Source: Felis catus (Eukaryota). From it: 64,000 bases of DNA. The notes under the pieces are model-generated. The model did not search any database and was not told the origin of the DNA. It worked only from the letters and a program-made list of their open reading frames with translations. The DNA is taken from NCBI RefSeq assembly GCF_018350175.1, contig NC_058368.1, positions 30,010,001-30,074,000 of the forward strand, written 5' to 3'. Position numbers and translations under genes: made by a program. This document shows positions 35,596 through 48,412 of this stretch, one piece after another (the stretch's first letter is position 1; the number at the start of each line of letters is the position of its first letter).

Positions 35596-38500
35596 GTGCA
35601 TCAATACCTATTTACATACTTTTGGAACTACTTTGGGAAAGAAGGCTTTGGAATGCTTTGCCCTGAACCCCACCCTGCAATTTACATCAACCCATTCCTT
35701 CACCTCAGCCCCAGGGCTGTCACTCCAGCTCTTGCTCCCTTCCCAGCCACAACCAGTCACTTAACCACGTGCTCCGCACCACTCCAGAATGATGCCAGCC
35801 CCTTCCTCATCCCTGCATCCCTGAGCAACTCTGCCGGATGCTCTCTCCCCTTTGCTCCACATCTGCTCTCCAGGTGTTGGGTGTGGCTTGAGGAAGTGAT
35901 GGAACTGAGTTAAATGATGGATTTGGATCCTGGGCAGTAAAATGTAATACATTTCAAGCTGAGTTTCCACTGCCGCTCAGTAATCCTTGTATTCTTGTAT
36001 TGCTTCTCCTGTGCTTGCATGCCTGCTTTTAAGCACTCACTCATTCATCACCTAGTGAGTGCCCCACCATGAGCCAGTGCCTAGACCAGTCACTGGGCAG
36101 GTAGGCGAGTAGGGGAAGGCATTGATGAATCACTTTCTTCAAATGCCGCTGGTCTAGCAGAGGAGGTAAACTAACACTATCAGAGGAGAAGCATTCACGG
36201 AAGTACTGTCATATGCGGCAGAAAAAGGGAATACAGAACCGACCAACAACTGTTTGCCAGCCAAGGGTGGGAGAATATATTTCAGGCAGAAGTAATAGCA
36301 GATGTATTCAGAAAATTTCAAGTCCTGGTCAGGTGTTAGGTTACTAGTTGGGGGAGAATACCATGCGAAGCTAGGAAGGAGACAGGGGTAAGAATGTTAC
36401 TTGCTGAGGCATTTGCAGTTTATCTCGTAGGGAAGGGGAAGCCATTGATCTGTACATATGTAGTGATGGCATTATATGTGATTTGAATTTTCTTCTTTGT
36501 CCTTGTTAGTATTTTCAAGATTCTCTGCCTGCTTTAGTTTTTGTGCTGCATGCACGTGTTTTTACCAAAAGGATTTAAAACATTCATACATACACAGAGG
36601 GAATCCTGGATTTTCTCACCACTTTCCCCACCAACTTATATTCTCTTCTAATAAGTGTGGTTTATTCTTTCTGTCCCTCAGTTACCTTTCTATGTATTTG
36701 GTGTATATGTACATGCATACATGCATACATAAATGTATGCACGTATGCCACGTACGTGTTCATATACACATGCCTGTGACTCAGACTTGTTAGCTATAAA
36801 ACAGATACAACCATGCTATGCCTCTGTTTAATGACTTAGGCTTTCACATTTGCAATATTTTCACATTGCAACTCTTTCCACACATGGGTTATTGCAATAA
36901 GTTTTTAATAAGTTTTTTAAATAAGCTTATGTATTTTGATAAATAGAGATTTTCCCACACTAGACTAATTTCTGAATTATGTTTTCCTTTTGGTGCTTTT
37001 AAGGTTTCCAGACTATACTACAGTATTTTTGCACGTGGTATGATATTAATAAGATGTAAGTTTCTTGTTAGTTTTTGATTCAAAAAGGCTAACAAAAGTC
37101 CCAATGCCATTTATTGAATAATAATACTAGTATAATCAGAAATAAAATATTTTAAGTGTATATATTAATTTGGTGCCATTTTACAGGTTGGATTGGAAGG
37201 GATTGAGAACAATTAGATTTTTTATAGGAAGAAAATTCCCAGGTAAGGAAGTCTAATAGCTTAAGCCAAGGAACTGGCTTTGGCAGTAAATAGGTGACCC
37301 AGAGAAGAAGACATGAAATTGAGAGGTCATTAGGAAGAGAATAAATAAGGATTTGTAACTGACTGACTGAGGGAGAGGGAGGAATCCTGTGTGATTCTCA
37401 GGTTTCCAATCTTGGTGACGTTAAGTACTAAGAAATGTCCTGGGCAGAATAGATTGAACACAATAAAATATGCTTCGCCATCTCAATTAATCAAAATCCC
37501 GGGTAAAATGTTTAAAAATTAAAAATGCACACTAAAAGCAAGCAGGTCCTCTAATGCTGAAAATGGAAAGGGAACTGAGAGCAGTGAGTCAGAAGCAAAG
37601 CCATCTTGCTCAGGGAGGCCTGGAGGCAACAGAGGCCGGAGTGGCTATGTTTTGAACAGCATCTTGGGATGATGTTAAGTCCACAAACCCTGGGTTGGGC
37701 TGGGGGCACCGGGGGCCCCCTGGGTGAGACTTTGGGCTAGAAAAGTGCTTCATTTACTTGTAAGGGGGGAAATAATGGCTGCCCACTACATAGGGCTGCC
37801 ACCTGAAACCAGCTGCTGCCTCAGGCTGAGGGTGGAAGCCACCTTACCAGGTCGACAACAGGATTGGGTCACATTCAAGCCCAGGCCCACATACATGCAA
37901 CCAGGGTGGAACAAGAACCCTGAGACCATAAACTCACTGAAACACTGGTTTGGAGCTGGTCAAGCTCACTCTGCCTGAGCAGAAGACTATAAAATTAGCC
38001 AACCAGGAGGCTAAGAAATAGAAAAAATAGTGATAGACAGATGTAGACGGATAAGTTTCACATCTAGGCTCTTAGCAGTCCAAGCGCCGAATATCAAGCA
38101 TAATGAGAAATCCTAAAAGCCACTGGAGGAAAAAAATAAAAACGTAGACCATAATTTCACAATAATAAGGTGGGCAGCCTAGCTCTTAGCAGTGATAGTT
38201 ATCATAAGGCAACGGGATAAATTTTTAAAGTCCTAATGGCAAATGATTGGGGATTTAAACATTTATAATGAGTAGGATATTTTATACTTCTTGTTTTGTG
38301 TTGGGTCAGGTGCTTGTTTTACCTATTTAAAAAATTAAATAGAAGAGTACAAGTAAGAAATAGACATCTCAGGCCTACTAGGACTTAGAAAGGTTTCCAC
38401 GAACAGTAACTTGAATAGATCACGCTCACTAAAAAGATTACTCAATGATACACTTTAGTTTGAAGAAAAATATATTCAGAAGGAAGAAGTGGAATGCAAG

Positions 38501-38775
38501 TAGCAAAGGGAGCAAATAAATTGTGGTGGTAAATCTAAATGAGAATTGACATTAAAATCAATGAGAATAATGACAGCATTGTTCATCATATGCGCTGAAA
38601 ACAAAATGATCTGAAATATCAAACAAACAGAGCACAACAGCAGGGGAGTGATTCTGAAGGGAGTTCAATTCTACAAGGTTCTAGTTTAGTTTAGAAGGAA
38701 GACAGATATGTGTATGAACTTTAGCTTTTAATAGAAAAATTTAAATTTAACTATATATATAACTTTATATATCTT

Positions 38776-38995
38776 TTTTTTAAGTTTTTTTTTTTTTTTA
38801 TTTTGAGAGAGAGAGAGAGAGAGAGAGCATGAGCATGGTACGTGCAGAGAGAGAGGGAGAGAGAGAGAATCCCAAGCAGGCTCTGCACCATCAGTGTGGA
38901 GCCTGATGTGAGGCTTGAATCCACGAGCTGTGAGACCATGACCTGAGCTGAAACCAAGAAGTGGACGCTTAACTGACTGACCACCCAGGCGCCCC
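38776..38995 (-). mobile_element. CAN SINE with 18-bp TSD (1 mismatch)
   Basis: TSD tataactttatatatctt 38758-38775 / tatacctttatatatctt 38996-39013. Confidence 0.96.
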
Positions 38996-39206
38996 TATAC
39001 CTTTATATATCTTATAAATATATCCTATATATTAACTATACATACATATGAAAAATCTAGGCATAATTACTAAAGGCACAAACATAGACTATCATGCTAA
39101 GTGGGTAAAGGAAAATAAGGAAAATGAAGAAAAGGTAATTAATCCACAGAAAGTAGGACAAGAAAATGCATGAAGTAAAAGCACAGCAAATAGAAAACGT
39201 CAGAGG

Positions 39207-39421
39207 CAGGGCGCCTGGGTGGCTCAGTTGGTTAAGCGGCCGACTTCGGCCCAGGTTATGATCTTGCGGTCCGTGGGTTTGAGCCCCGCGTCGGGCTCTG
39301 TGCTGACAGCCCAGAGCCTGGAACCTGTTTCAGATTCTGCATCTCCCTCTCTCTCTGTGCCTCCCCTATTCACGCTCTGTCTTTCTCTGTCTCAAAATAA
39401 ATAAACATTAAAAAAAAAAAA
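39207..39421 (+). mobile_element. CAN SINE, SINEC_Fc type, with perfect 15-bp TSD
   Basis: TSD agaaaacgtcagagg 39192-39206 / 39422-39436. Confidence 0.97.
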
Positions 39422-40340
39422 AGAAAACGTCAGAGGAATTTATAAACACATCAGTGGAATGGCAGAGAGGCCCCAGAAAATAACTTAGGTGTGGAGCTTG
39501 GTTTATTGAAGGGACATCAACACCAGTGGGGAAAGATACCCTACAAACTCCATAATGTTGAGACAGCTGACTTTCAGCAAGGAAGGCAAAGGAGAATTAG
39601 ATTATGACTTCACACCATACACAAGCAAATTCCAGACAAAAATGTGGAAAATGAAACTCTAGGAAGCGAAAAGAAACTACTAGGAAAAACATGTTTAAAA
39701 AAAAAACCATAGAAAATAATTGAAAAAAATGTGGACTAGAGATAAAGAATGAATTTTTTTTTTTAAAGATCAAAAAGCACATTCTGTTATGGAACAGCTA
39801 GATAATTTTGACTCCACAAGGTAAAATGCTCAATAAATTGAAATTTAAAAACAACCTATGGACAGGAGAGGGTATTTTTTGTGCCCACGGGAAAGGATCA
39901 GTGTCCACAATAAATAAAAAATCCCTATGAATGAATAAGAAAAATACAAAGAAAATACAGGGAAAAAATGTCAAAGGATACGAAAAGCAGTCACAGTAGA
40001 GAAGCGAGTGAACAATAAACACAGGAATTTTGAAAAGCTTTCCATTTTACTAGTTATTTGGCAAAATGCAAATTAAAATAGGGAACAACATCTTTTACCC
40101 TCTGTGTACAAAAAGTAAAGTCTGACACTTTTACGTATTGGTGAGCATGTGGACAAAGATACCCAATCAACCACCAAAAGAAAAATAGACCTAATGTTCA
40201 GGCTGGTACTTTACTATTTTCCCCTTTTGTTTGTTTTGCATTTCATCCCGATCCTGGCACAGGACAAAGGCTGTAGGCAGAGCACATGACATGATTTTTG
40301 AATGAGCGAATGAATCCCCCAAATAAACTAGTTATCCTCT

Positions 40341-40733
40341 CTTTGTGGACTGAATGTATGTGTTCCCCCCACTGCCCCAATTCAGATGCTGAAACTCTAT
40401 CCCTCAATATAATGCTATTAGGAGGTGGGGCCTTTGGAAGGTAATTAGGATTTGATGAGGTCATGAGGGTGGGAGCCCTCCTGAAGGGGATTAGTGCCCT
40501 TATAAGAGGAGACACCAGTGAGCTTTCTTTTCCTCTCCACTCTCCCACTTTGTGAGCATCCAGGAAGCAGTTGACAGTCTATGACTAAGGAGAAGGCTCT
40601 CACCAGAACAGACCATGTCGGCACCATGATCTCAGACTGCCTGCCTCCAGAACAGAGAGAAAAGAAAGGTCTGTTGTTTATAAACCACCCGGTCTATGGT
40701 ACTTTGTTATAGGAGACGGAACAGACTAAGACA
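40341..40733 (+). mobile_element. ERVL-MaLR solo LTR (MLT1A-like)
   Basis: tggactgaatgt...ttaggaggtggggcctttggaaggtaattagg...gagggtgggagccctc...gggattagtgcccttataagagg...tatggtactttgttatag...acagactaagaca. Confidence 0.9.
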
Positions 40734-41099
40734 CCTTCCTTGACACCTTATTTCATTTTGTTTGTATCTTTTTATGGCGCTTACGTTATTTTGCTTCTGT
40801 TAGAGTCATTTGTTAGTGTGTGTACTTGTCTTATTTTATTCTCCATTTTCATCCTTCCAGTGGCAAAAATTTTGAAGGCTGGCACTATTTTATATGTGAC
40901 TTTTCTATTACTCGCAGCCTACTACCTTGGATATAATGGGTGCTCAATAAATATTTGTTAGATTTAATTCAATAGAGGTAAAAATCATGTCATCTTCTCT
41001 AGAAAAATGTGCTGGCCATGAGAACCATTGTTTACCAGTGAATCTCCTAGAACTTTCATGTATCAATTTTAAAGGGCTTTGTAGCCTATGAACACTACA

Positions 41100-41132
41100 T
41101 GAGGTGGGCTAAAAACATTTTAGCCCACCTCA
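41100..41132. repeat. Perfect 15-bp inverted repeat with 3-nt loop
   Basis: tgaggtgggctaaaa-aca-ttttagcccacctca. Confidence 0.95.
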
Positions 41133-42735
41133 CATTTTAAGCTTTTCCTTCTGAGAGGAAAAAAAAAATCGCTAGATTTATTCATTTATTCTAGGAAGAT
41201 TGTACTTAGAGGAGGAAATGAGGGTTATGGCAGCAATCCAAGCATCCTGAAAATGCGTTGGAATTCCTCCCAAATTGGATTTACCTTTCTTCACACCACT
41301 GATGCTCTCTTGGCATTTTGATTACTAAAGACAATAGGATCTCCAAGCGATTTGGGGTTTCCTGGAGAGCGAGTTTTGGTTTAATTAGGTCCCACTGTAT
41401 GAACTGCAGTTTGATTCACACTGGTGGAGAGGAGAAGGCATTCTCTCTCCTTGTTTCTTCCCCACACCTCCTCCTCCATGTCTTTCTAAACCACATCTCC
41501 TTTCCACCTATCTTTCCTTCTCATTGCTTGTCACCCTTCGTAGGCTGTTCAGTTACAACTTAGTTACTTCTGTTAAATCTCTGCCTCTAAAGCCGATACC
41601 TGTTGTAGCTTCTCTTTGTCCGCACCAAGTGATCTTTCTCAGGGATGAGGAAGGAGGGCATTTAGTATGGTACAGACGCATTCTGTAAGCCACCCTAGAA
41701 AGAACTATCACTATTCAACGAGTGTTCTCTGGTGGTTTAGGACATGGGGAAAATTTAGCAACCCAGGATGCCTGGGCATCACTGGGCAGAAATAATTGCT
41801 AATTAGTATCCTACTAGCTTGGGAGCATTAATTGGCTTTGGGGGATCTGCTTTCTAGACCCAAAGTGTATTTTGTTCATTTTAGCTTGCTATATAGGATG
41901 AGGGAGGAATAACAATTACTGAAATAGTTTCATTTCAGTAATTCAACCTAATGAAGACTTGTCATTTGAATGATTATTCAGTAGTTGGTCCTTGTTTTTT
42001 CTGCCAAGGTTTTAGAAAAACAAGCTCAGATATTTCTCAAGCCTGAGAAAACACAGCCTTTCCTTTAAAATAATTTAGAGAAATTTATTTTATTCACGGA
42101 TACAGGAATGCTCACAAAAGAATTGTCATCCTATGTGATTACGTAAGTAGAGAGAAAAGGAAAGAAGATATCTTTTGAAACATATCATTTTCATTTCAGA
42201 ACACATCAAGCAATAATATAAAATAAAGTGCCTCAAATTGATATCTTTAATTTTCTCCTAGAAAGAAAATTTGTCAGCTATTTTATGATTTATTGAGGCT
42301 AAAGCCATACGTGAGGACAAGTTTTTATGATTAATTAAATAAAATTACTTGAGCATAATACTCATGATGATATTATCTTTGAATTAAAACTCACTTGAAT
42401 AAGATTGATGACATTTTCAATCAGCAGATTAATTAAACTCTTTTGTTAATTACACATAAGTCAATATGTTTGGATTATGTATCAATCAATATGCTGAAGC
42501 AACATCCACTTACTTTGCTCTAGAAAACGGCTTTGCTGATATTTTTTTTAGCAGCTTATTTTAGAAGTTACCGTTCTTTCATTTTCTTTATACCAGAGGT
42601 CTCAATATTTAGCAAATTTAGATGTGAAAATAATTGTCACAACATTTTTTTTTTTTTTGCTTTTTTTTTTTTTTGTCTTTGCGAAAGTCTTTTTTTGGGC
42701 TGAAATGAGCTGTTTTTTTGTTTACCATTCTGGGT

Positions 42736-42948
42736 TTTTTCTAATTTTATTATTATCTTTTTATTTGAGAGAGAGAGAGAGAGTGCGAGTGGGGGAGAAG
42801 GGGGGGACAGAGAATCTCAAGCAGGTTCTACACCCAGTGCGGAGCCCAATGAGGGGCTCGATCCCACGACCCTGCGATCATGACCTGATCATGACCTAAG
42901 CCAAAATCAAGAGTCTGAAGCTCAACCTACTGAGCCACCCAGGCGCCT
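42736..42948 (-). mobile_element. CAN SINE (older subfamily) with internal 11-bp duplication
   Basis: gagaatctcaagcagg...gggctcgatccc...gatcatgacct x2...tgagccacccaggcgcc. Confidence 0.92.
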
Positions 42949-43999
42949 CTGTGTTTAACGTCCTGAAGAACTGTTAACCTGTTTCGGTACCTTACTCTGC
43001 CTTTGACAATTTCCACCCCTCGCCCTCCTGCCCAGTCCCATTACTAGAGCTTTAATGACCGATGACTTCCTAATTGTCTTTGTAGGTAGAGGTGGGCAGG
43101 GCTGGCGGAGGGGGGGGGGGGGGCGGGGAGGGTGACTAGTGCTTTGTGACACCGAGACACAGAAAGGTAGTTTACTTACCATCTTACAGAGCTTAGGAAC
43201 CAGTGATAAGCGGACACACCGGTAACTGTTTTGAGTGCCTCTATGAAGCGCAGGAAAACTAAATGCTGTGGTTGGACAATCAACCCAGAGCCTCTTCTCC
43301 TCCTCCAAGTTTCCAAGCATTTATTTTCTGTATTTTTATTCACGGGGCCAGATTCTTCTCTCAGTCTGGCAAGAGTTTACATGCTACAAATAGCTACCCT
43401 TGAATGAGTGGGAGTTTTCTAGGCTCTCGGAGAAGCCAATTTGGGGCTGTTATTTAGCTCCTGTCAAAGCCTCGCTGAGACAACTGATATTTGAGAAATA
43501 GAGTTTATAGATGTACAGTCTCCTATGTGGGCTAAAGCTATATCCTTGATCACCAGAAAGCTCTAAATGTGGTGCTCATTAGTTTACCCTTTCCCAGTGG
43601 AAGTTCTTTCATGAATCATGTTTTAGTGCTAGGCCTTTATCTTTTTTTTTTTTTTTTTTAAAGCATTTAATACTGGAAACAGTGAAGTGAAGAATATTTC
43701 TGAAGCTTCTGTAAAAACTGCTTAAAGATACTGCCCATTATGTTGTTCAATGTTCCTTGCGCAAGAACTCATGTGATGAATTCCTTTGAAAATTTATTAC
43801 CAGGAAAAAGTTTGTCTCTACTGCAGAAGTGAAAGTTTTGCCTTTTTTCAGACAACGAACGCCATATCCTTTATTGTTTCTCTTTATGCATTGGCTGTCA
43901 GGAAGCTCAGAAGTAAAGTAAGTGCTGTGTCATTAGAAGAGAGAGTAAGAAATACCAGGCAGTTTCCAGGAGGAGCATAGGAGTGAATCTTTGTATTCC

Positions 44000-44900
44000 T
44001 GTTATCTGTTCACTTGCTGATGCAATGGACATTTACTAAAGGGCCACTGTGTTCCAGACACCATGCCAAAGGTTGGGGAGAAGATGACGGTCCTTACCCT
44101 GAAACGGATTATGGTCTGGGAGGGGGACAAGATATATACGCGAATGAATCTGCCAATGGGCTGCAGGAGGTAAACAAGGGAGCGCTTAGTTCTGCGAGGA
44201 GACAGGAAAGGTCCCCCAGATGAATTATGGAGAAAAAAAAAAATCGCTGGGTAGACATGGTCAGGGTAGGGCACAAAGCTCAAAAGGGAAAAGCAGCGAA
44301 GCAGCCACAGCAGTGTGTGAGGGGAGGGTTAAGAAATGACGGCAGAGAGATGGGTAAAACCCAAATGTCAAAGGCTTCTGTGACTCACCTGGAAGTCTGT
44401 GCTTTGTCCTCAGGGGGAATGTAGATTTGTGAAAGTATTTTTTTTTTTTCAGTTTATTTATTTGGAGAGGGGGTTGGGGGAGTGCACAAGCAGGTGAGGG
44501 GCAGAGAGAAGGAGACACAGAATCCCAAGCAGGCTCCTGGCACCTGCTCAGAGCCGGATGAGGGGCTTGGAGCCCAGCAACCAGGAGATCATCTGAGCCA
44601 AGATCAAGAATCCCTGGCTCAACCGACTGAGGCACCCAGGTGCTCCGATTTGTAAAAGTAGTTTAAGGCACATGATCAGATTTGCATTTGAGACCGCCTT
44701 CTGGCAACCTAGCAGGAGAAGATTTGGGAAGGGGGCCAGATGAGAAGCAGAGGGCCCAGGCCAGTGCGGGGGGGGGAGGCTGGTGGAAAGCACAGGAGCT
44801 ACAGGGGAGGGACCGGGCTGAGGCTGGGGCACGAGGAGAAGCAGCAGCGAGGACCACAAGCCAGGTTTCTGGCTCCGGAGACTAGGGATGAAGGCGAAAG
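44000..44900 (-). mobile_element. L2 fragment, split by a SINE
   Basis: catttactaaagggccactgtgttccagacacc...catgatcagatttgcattttgaga. Confidence 0.6.
44438..44646 (-). mobile_element. CAN SINE (old) with 14-bp TSD
   Basis: TSD gatttgtgaaagta 44424-44437 / gatttgtaaaagta 44647-44660. Confidence 0.92.
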
Positions 44901-45564
44901 GAAGAGAAACAGCTGCAACCGCTTGGGCCGGGATATTCCGCTCTGGTTGTCTGGAGCTGCAGGGCCTGGGAGGGCTATGAGGGCCGCTGCTCCTGAGTTG
45001 CGAGTCAGAGGTAAGGTTCTGCCCCGCAGGAGGGAAGTCCCACCTCTGAACCGTTGATGGAGCTCTGGGAGTTGTTTCCGCCCTGGAGACAGGCAGAGTC
45101 CTCCATCCAGCAGATCCGTTGAGGAGTGGGAAGTGTGAGGATAAGAAAGGGCGAGGCGGTGGGTGGGGGAGGCGGGCAGAAATACTGGTGTCCTTCCTGG
45201 AGGCTCGGGAGGCGTGGGCAGACAGAAAGGGAGGCCCCTGGGGGGGGGGGGAATGGGGGGCAATGGTGTAGGCCTAGGCACCCCGCCCTCCCGTGGTCAG
45301 TCTGGGAGGTTCATCCACCCGCACCCTAGGAAATCCAAAGCTCAGCTCCTGCTCTTCCACCCTCCTCCCCACATCACCCCCTTCTCTACTCTCCCCTTGA
45401 AGCAGAAACCTACCCTTTTCCGAAGCCAGATCCTCAGTGTCACCCTTGAGGCCTTAAGCCCCCCCACGACTTACAGGGAACGTTCAGTTTCTTATTAAGC
45501 CCTTCCTTTGTCTCCGGCCCACCCTCGCCCCAGTCACTGCCTTAGTTCAAGCTTCTGACACTTT

Positions 45565-45776
45565 AAAAAACAATTTTTTTTTTTGCATTTATTTATTTTT
45601 GAGAGACAGTGTGAGCAGGGGAGGGGCAGAGAGAGAGAGAGAGAGACAGAATCAGAGAAGCAGGCTGCAGGCTCCGAGCTGTCAGCACAGAGCCCCAGGG
45701 GGGGCTCGAACCCCGGAACCGCGAGATCATGACCTGGGTCGAAGTCGGACACTCAACTGAGCCACCCAAGCACCCC
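45565..45776 (-). mobile_element. CAN SINE with 17-bp TSD (1 mismatch)
   Basis: TSD caagcttctgacacttt 45548-45564 / caagcttttgacacttt 45777-45793. Confidence 0.95.
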
Positions 45777-47458
45777 CAAGCTTTTGACACTTTTGGCATG
45801 GGTTGTGGCAGTGGTTCCCAGTGGATCTTGCCTCCCTCTAGTCTAGCTCTCAAATTTGTTCGTCACTTCCATGCTAAAAATAATACAATGGACTCCCATT
45901 TGCTGCCTGACCAAGTCCAAAGCCTTAGCTTGATATACAAGAGCTATTTAAACAGTGAAGTGTAAGCAGCCATCTTGCCGTCATTCTTTTGCATATGCAC
46001 AGTGCAACGTACAAAGAAGTCTCCGGAGCCCTTGGCCACATTCCTCCCCCTCAACCTTTCCTTAATCCGGGATGACAATGGACAGTCCACCCATCCAAGG
46101 TCAAGAGCAGAAAACGGCGCCATGTTTTGTGGAGTTGTGAAATCTACCGCTACCTTTCCATCTTTGGGAAATTTCCTGATACTGAACTGCAGTATATTTT
46201 CTCTTATCCCTACACTTTTGCATCTGACATTTTTTTTTTTTTTTTTTTTTGCCTGCAACGACTTTCCCTTCTTCATTTGGATAGATTTATTCAAGAAAGA
46301 ATACAGAAGTAGTGAATTCTGTACAAGAAGGGATGTTTTGTCCAGGTGATAGTTAACCCAAAGGTTGTTTTCTTTCTCTACCTGGTCCCATCCAAGCCAG
46401 GATTTATAAAATCCTTCCCATGGCTATAGTGCAGTTCAAAGAGACAGATCAGAACAAAGAACAAAAAGTCACCTCTGGGTAACTATTAGAGGCAGCCACT
46501 GTTTGTAGAGAGTGCACTTTAGAGGAACCCAAATCTCCTCAGAAATAAGCTTGATGACTTAATAAATTTTGAACAATTGTGGACTGAGAAACTGAAAGTT
46601 CTCTGTTATTTGAAAGAAAGCCGTGATACAGTGAAGCGTCCTTTGCAGAGCACAGGGGTTTCAGATGTAGAATTTTTGTGAAGATGAAGAATTTGGTGCA
46701 AATAATGTAGCTCCAGGGCAGAGGAAAAAGAGCATGTGCCCTGAATCCAGAGAGACGTTTCTCTTAGCAATATTTGGCTAAAAGTTTTGCCGATTCTGAG
46801 GTGAGGGAGAACGAGTAGTTTGCTATGTGTTTTCATGCCTTTGTAACGGTTTAATAATCCATATATACAATCAACTTCAAAGTAAGCATTGATTTAGTCA
46901 TTCTCAGCTGGGGAAGCAAATATTATAAACTTGAAACCCTTGGTTAAAATTAAGAGCAACTATCAGTCATCATGCTGTTTGATAAGCCCAGGAAGAAAAG
47001 AATCCTACATGTCAAATGCTTTGAATTTTGAAAGTGCTTCACGGATGAGATAAGGATATTTACATTCTGTGACCACAACTACAGAGCTAGCGAAGAACAC
47101 AGGTAAGAGAACAGACTAGGAGGGGAAGGGCAGTATTGAAATTTAAGTTTATGCACGCAGGCTTTGTCTGCTAATAAGTTTATTGGAAAGGAGCTGGAAG
47201 CTTCTGCCTCAGATTCAGTAACTATAAATTTCTCCCCGAGATGGTCATTTAATGTTAACTACAAAATTGCTGCTTAATATTCATGGAGTGCAACCTTCCC
47301 CACTGCTGCACGTGCAAAATATTCTATTATTTCCTTAATTCATATTTGTTTTGTAGGAAATGGAATTTGCTTACTTAATTTGTAAATAGATGCAAACAGC
47401 ATTTTGTTAATCTATGTAAAAATTGTTCTTGCGTTAGTTGGAAAATCCTTTTATCTCT

Positions 47459-47462
<4 letters not shown>

Positions 47463-47489
<27 letters not shown>
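47463..47489. repeat. Poly(T) tract
   Basis: Direct. Confidence 0.9.
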
Positions 47490-47641
47490 GTAGGTTGCAG
47501 GTACATACCTTCCTTTAGCTGGTTTGGAGCCAAAGACAACATGAGGGTTGGTTCCTATAACCCACTAACTTTAACTTATTGAGCATTTCCTGTGTGCCAG
47601 GTGCTGTATTGAGTGCAATGCCCATCACCCTGTAATCTGGC

Positions 47642-48412
47642 TGTATGAGTCCGAGTTCAGTCAAGGAAAGAGAGCAACCATGTGAGTGTCATGGGATGAG
47701 GGGCTTGTTCGGGGTCGAGCTGGGGCTGGCTCATGAGCTCCTGAGAGCACTTGTGCACCTTTCTTCCCAGCTCCATGTTCAATGACTTCATATCGATGGC
47801 TTGAAAAGTGGGAGTATTCGGACCACAGATATCAGCAAAAGCTGCAAATTGGGTTCTCCCTGGAAAGCAGGTTTATTACATACCTGTGCAAGGTGGGGGA
47901 AGTGAAAGCCTGGGAGAGGGAGCTGGAGGGTTGGCGGTGTCGTTTACCGGTTGTCCTGAAGCAGTGGCCCAGAGAGGCAGTTCGGAGCTCGCAGTGAGAT
48001 CTGGGAAACTAAGCACGTCCAGTCGCTGAAGGTGGATTGCAAGGGGAGGATTACTTGGAGAGGACCGAGGGGAGCTACAGCCTCTGTGTGGCACCTGCCT
48101 CTGTGGTTTGCAGCCAAGCATCTGGGGTGGGCTTGTGGCTGCTGTTGATGAGCAGAAGCCGCCGTCCGGGGGACAAGCTAGGTGTGGAGCAGAGGGAAGT
48201 CAGCACCGGCTGGGATCCTTACTGCTGTGTCACCGTCACCATGTCTGACTGCAGGGAAAGGTCTCCTGCCCTTCCCCTCTCTCCTGCTTCACTTCCATCT
48301 CCCAAATTTGGGGCAGGTTTCTCTTTTGGCCAATCCTAACCTTGAGCCCTCTGGGAAACAGTTGTCATCACGGTTCCCAGCTTAACCAAGTTGACATGGC
48401 ACAATCCCACAC
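47642..48412 (-). mobile_element. ERVL solo LTR (LTR33/LTR41-like), inserted into a MIR
   Basis: tgtatgagtccgagttcagtcaagg start; ttggccaatcctaacc...ctgggaaa...gttcccagcttaaccaagttgaca end; MIR pieces at ~47575-47640 and ~48415-48550. Confidence 0.6.

Larger units (their letters stand above)
34395..35646. mobile_element. hAT-Charlie (MER103-like) DNA transposon remnant, split by two LTRs
   Basis: cagtggtttt start; after the LTRs caaatacatttggtaaacattg, cagtgtttcccaaac and tactttgggaaa terminal-type motifs. Confidence 0.5.
38040..40190 (+). mobile_element. Ancient L1ME/HAL1-like remnants (ORF1-like then ORF2-like), hosting two SINEs
   Basis: gagaaatcctaaaagccactggaggaaaaa...atttttaaagtcct resembles L1 ORF1; cttcacaccatacacaagcaaattccaga and aaaatgcaaattaaaa resemble ORF2; strongly A-rich plus strand. 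Confidence 0.6.

Noticed and set aside
44740..45498. Several overlapping 100-160 aa GC-rich ORFs
   Set aside because: Stop-poor because of high GC; low-complexity Pro/Gly/Arg translations with no recognisable domain or exon structure.
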